Source: Microbotryum violaceum
Lineage: Eukaryota
DNA length: 64,000 bases
Direction of reading: 5' to 3'
Assembly: GCA_001244265.2 (NCBI GenBank)
Contig: CDLV01000005.1
Location: 620,001 to 684,000, forward strand
This document shows, piece after piece, positions 60,638 to 64,000 of the stretch (positions are counted from its first letter, which is position 1; each line of letters begins with the position of its first letter). The position numbers were made by a program, and so were the translations under genes. Below the pieces are notes generated by a model that searched no databases, was not told the origin of the DNA, and saw only the letters and a list, made by a program, of their open reading frames with translations.

Positions 60638-63600
60638 TCAGAACCCAAACGTGGGGAGCTCGGCGATCTTACAGCGGTAATGTGACTCGATGGCTCGAAG
60701 CATGTCGGCGTCCGAGCCCGGCGCGACAAAGTTGATGGTCGTGCCGGGGCGACCGAAGGGAGAGTTAGGACCTGCCGAGACGCGGTGCCCGTAGTCCTCG
60801 ACCGCTCGAGGGAGATCAAAGTTGATCACCAGAGGGACTTGAAGGGCTTCGGTCAGAGGGCGACACAACGGGTCGAATACGACCAAGCACCTCTTGGAGC
60901 TCGTACCATTGGGTACGCCGAGGCGGGGTGTCGATCCAGCTCCATTTCCATTGTTGTGGTTCAGCGGGGCACGGAAACGAGCGAGCGCGCTCTGACGCAT
61001 CGGCTGACCCATCTCTTGGTGCAAAGCGATCGTTTCGATCCCCCGCGACCCAAGCTTGTACGCTACGGCCTCGACGCTCTCCATCGATGAAGTGAAGATG
61101 ACGAGGGCGTCGACGCCACTGTCGTCGATGACGTCGCACAATGCCTCCAGCTTCCAATGACGCGACGAGTTGTTCGACGTCGAGCTGTCTCGGCGGGTCC
61201 CGTTGCCCGAGGAGTTGGGACCACTAGCCGCAACGTAGAAGAAAAAATGACGCAGACCACGCAAATTGGCCATGGGCGGAGCAGGGTTGACACCCGGAGG
61301 CAAGCCCGAACCATTGACAGCGTTGATGCTCTGATTCAGATGAGGCACCGAATTCGGCGATGGCGACGGCGCAAGACCATTCGGGTTCGGACTGGGTGCA
61401 CCGCCAAGAGTCGTCTCGCCACGATCTCCACCTCCCGCACCTTCTCGACGAACAAGAACGCGGACCGGTTCGCGCAGTTGCAATGAAGAGGCAAAGTTGA
61501 GCACGTCTTGAGGGACGGTGCAGCTATAGATCGCGGTCTGACGATCAACGCCGGTCGAAGGGGTAGGAGATGTCGGTGGATGTGACCACGGGGAAGCCGC
61601 CGAAGGGTTGGAAGAGAAAGCATGCGGGAGAGATGACAGGCCGGCAGGTGAAGGACCGAGCAAAGGAGATCGGGCCATGACGGGCGACGGGGGACCACCA
61701 CCCGAGCTCTTGTTCGCCGAGTTGGCACCATTCGAAGTGAGGGGCGGGGGAAGGAATCGAACGACGTTTGTCACATGCTCCGACAGATTCCTCGCGATTA
61801 ACTGGTCGCACTCATCGATGATGAGCAACCTCAGGTCGTGCAAGGGGATCAGGCGTGTCGCGAGGAGATCGTGCAAGCGTTGCGGCGTGCCGACGATGAC
61901 CTGGGTCGGTGCGTTCTGCCATTCCAGTGCCTCCTTGGTCAAGTCACCAGTCGGTTGCCCGACGTAAAGACTCGTGCGAATGCCAAGCGTCGCACCGAGG
62001 CCAACCGCGAGACGCTGCGCCTGGGCGGCCTGATCGACTGTTGCGGTGATGATAATGACTTGAACGGACGGAGCTGGCGAAACGCCTGCGGATCCCGAAA
62101 GCGAATGTAGCAGCTGCAAGGCCGGGATGACGTAGCATTGGATGCGCTCTTGAATTGCCGGGGCCTGCGCCACGATGTCTTGACTGCGAAGCACACAGGG
62201 AATCGCTTTGGCCTGAATTTTGGTCGGCGGTCCGAGGCTGGAGCACGAAAAGACCGGGGGCGATCAGCAATCCAGCGCACAATGTTCTGTTCCTTTCTCA
62301 ACAGCGAGGCTTACCCATACTTGGCAATCGCTCGGAACAACTCGTTCCCAACGCCGAGAGCATCCCATTTGCTCCCCAGGCTACCGGGCGGTGGAGCATT
62401 TCCATTCGAACTGCCGAGCATAGGACTCTGCCCACCAATCACGGGCGAGTCCCATTCACCAAAGTCACTTCCAGGTGCCGTGTTGGGTCGGCTGGGTGAT
62501 CTCGATCCAACAAAGGACTTGCTCAAGGACGAGGTGCGGTTCAACCCTGATTGTGGAGCACCGTTGGCGCCTAGGGGTCTCATGAGCGGTGATCGCCCGA
62601 CGCCAGTGGAAGTGTTCGACAACGATACACCGAGGCCCGTCGGTCCTGCCTGATGTCCACCTCGATTGATGACCGGGGATCCGATTCCACCGGGACCGAG
62701 CATCGGGGAGCCTTGAGGAGCAGCAGCCGAGTTCATGAGGTGTGCAACCGACGAAGCCAAGGCGCTGACCTGCTGTGACAGAGCGGCGATTTGCTCGTCC
62801 TTGTCCGCCATTCCATCCTGTTCGGAAGAGCCGAACTTCCCCGACGAAGAGAGAGCAGGCGATGAAGCCGCTGGCGCAAAGTTTCCACCAAGGCCTTCGA
62901 GAATCGAGCCCGACGCCGAACGAACGAGACCGGGTCGTGAGCCCGGCGCGGGCTGTAGAGGAGGGGAGGGTGATCGCACGGTCAAGAGTGGCGATTCAAA
63001 CAGGTCTTTGGTTCTCGAAAGCCCAAGATGTTGACCTGGACCCCCAGCTCGAGGGAGCGAGTTCATGTAGAGGCCCGAGTTGCCGCCACTGCCGGCCGAG
63101 TTGGCCAGCTGTTGCACGAAGGTTCGAAGGGAGTTGATCTCGTCTCGCATAGATCGCATCTCGCCGTGAACGAACGAGGCCAAATCGTAGACGGTGGCCT
63201 CGAGCGAGTGTACGCGCGCCTCGACGGTCTGTTGTTGCTCGTCCCCACCGCCACCGAACAGGGGTCTGCGACGCACGCCCGGTGAAGGGCTTCGCACGGG
63301 TGTTGGGGCTCGAGGCGTCGCATCAACTGCACCCGGCGCGATGAGCGACGTACTCGACGTTGAAGGCGAGCTGCCCAGCACGATGGACGGGTTGGAAAAG
63401 TCGAGGTCAAAGCTCAGTTTGTCATGAGCCGGCGAGGCCAGCGGGGACGAGTTGGAGCGTTCGGACGCCGAACGGTTACGATCATCGGTTCTCGAAGGTA
63501 GCACACCGAGTATGAACGACGAAGGTCGGCTCTTGGGTGCACTTCCAACCGCTCCTGAACTCGAACCTGGCCGCAACGAAAGTGACGCGTCGCCGTCAGA

Positions 63601-64000
63601 AGGTGAAGGCGTGAGTGCCCGACTGCCTGAACCGAGACCTTGCAGGGGCGAAGTTGCGCCTGAGGAGCGGTTGATGTCGAAAACGCCTGCGAGACCGTTG
63701 ATGGCGTCTACCATCCTCTTTTCGGGGGTGGCGATGGTGGCACTGACGAGTCGACGACGATCACCGATCGCTCCGACGCTCGATGAAAGTGCACCCGAAT
63801 GGTTGGGTCCTGACCCAGCGGCGGTCGAACGGCCCGAACCAATTGGTGTCGGTCTTGATAGACCCGACGAGGAAGGAGCGGCGTCCCACATTGGTCCGGT
63901 GGCCGAGGAAGCGCTGAAGGCGGACGACGTGGGGGTGACGGACGGGTCGCGCTGCGGTGAGGAAGTGCGTGGCAGCGAATCGATGGAAGGGCCCAAGGAG
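60638..64000 (-). CDS. eIF4A-like DEAD-box protein with degenerate catalytic motifs and long disordered N-terminus; 5' partial
   Basis: WDALGV..LFRAIAKYG|LGPPTKIQAKAIP (Q motif); VGTPQRL; IIDECDQL; EPVRVLV; LVIF; ALHQEMGQPMR; VPLVINFDLP; TINFV; IESHY..IAELP. One intron at ~62238-62314. Confidence 0.85.

Overview
Eukaryotic, intron-rich fungal DNA. Short GT-AG introns with CTRAC branch points, high GC and the protein sequences point to a basidiomycete, plausibly a Microbotryomycetes/Sporidiobolales yeast (inference). About 20 protein-coding genes can be reconstructed by hand: a CLASP/STU1 3' end, prolyl oligopeptidase, a TPT-family transporter, a Pho85-type cyclin, an alpha-glucoside permease, ATX1, SWD1, DUR3, YTP1, a DUF1748 protein, RRP14, OST2, SAR1, VMA8, a class III chitin synthase, a split-RING E3 ligase, TRS20, SND2, an ACU-type P-ATPase and a degenerate eIF4A-like helicase. 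Mobile and repeat DNA includes two 5'-truncated, frameshifted L1/Tx1-like LINEs of different families, a probable solo LTR, a foldback element and short repeats. Most notable: (i) a 72-nt tRNA-like gene with intact A/B boxes and a UUA triplet in a non-canonical anticodon loop, with a LINE inserted head-to-head about 50-100 bp upstream, resembling tRNA-targeted TRE5 elements; (ii) a ~1.8 kb, apparently spliced, nearly AUG-free leader before the cyclin that holds an AUG-less uORF; (iii) an eIF4A-like pseudo-helicase. Exon boundaries and counts were read by eye and no database searches were run.
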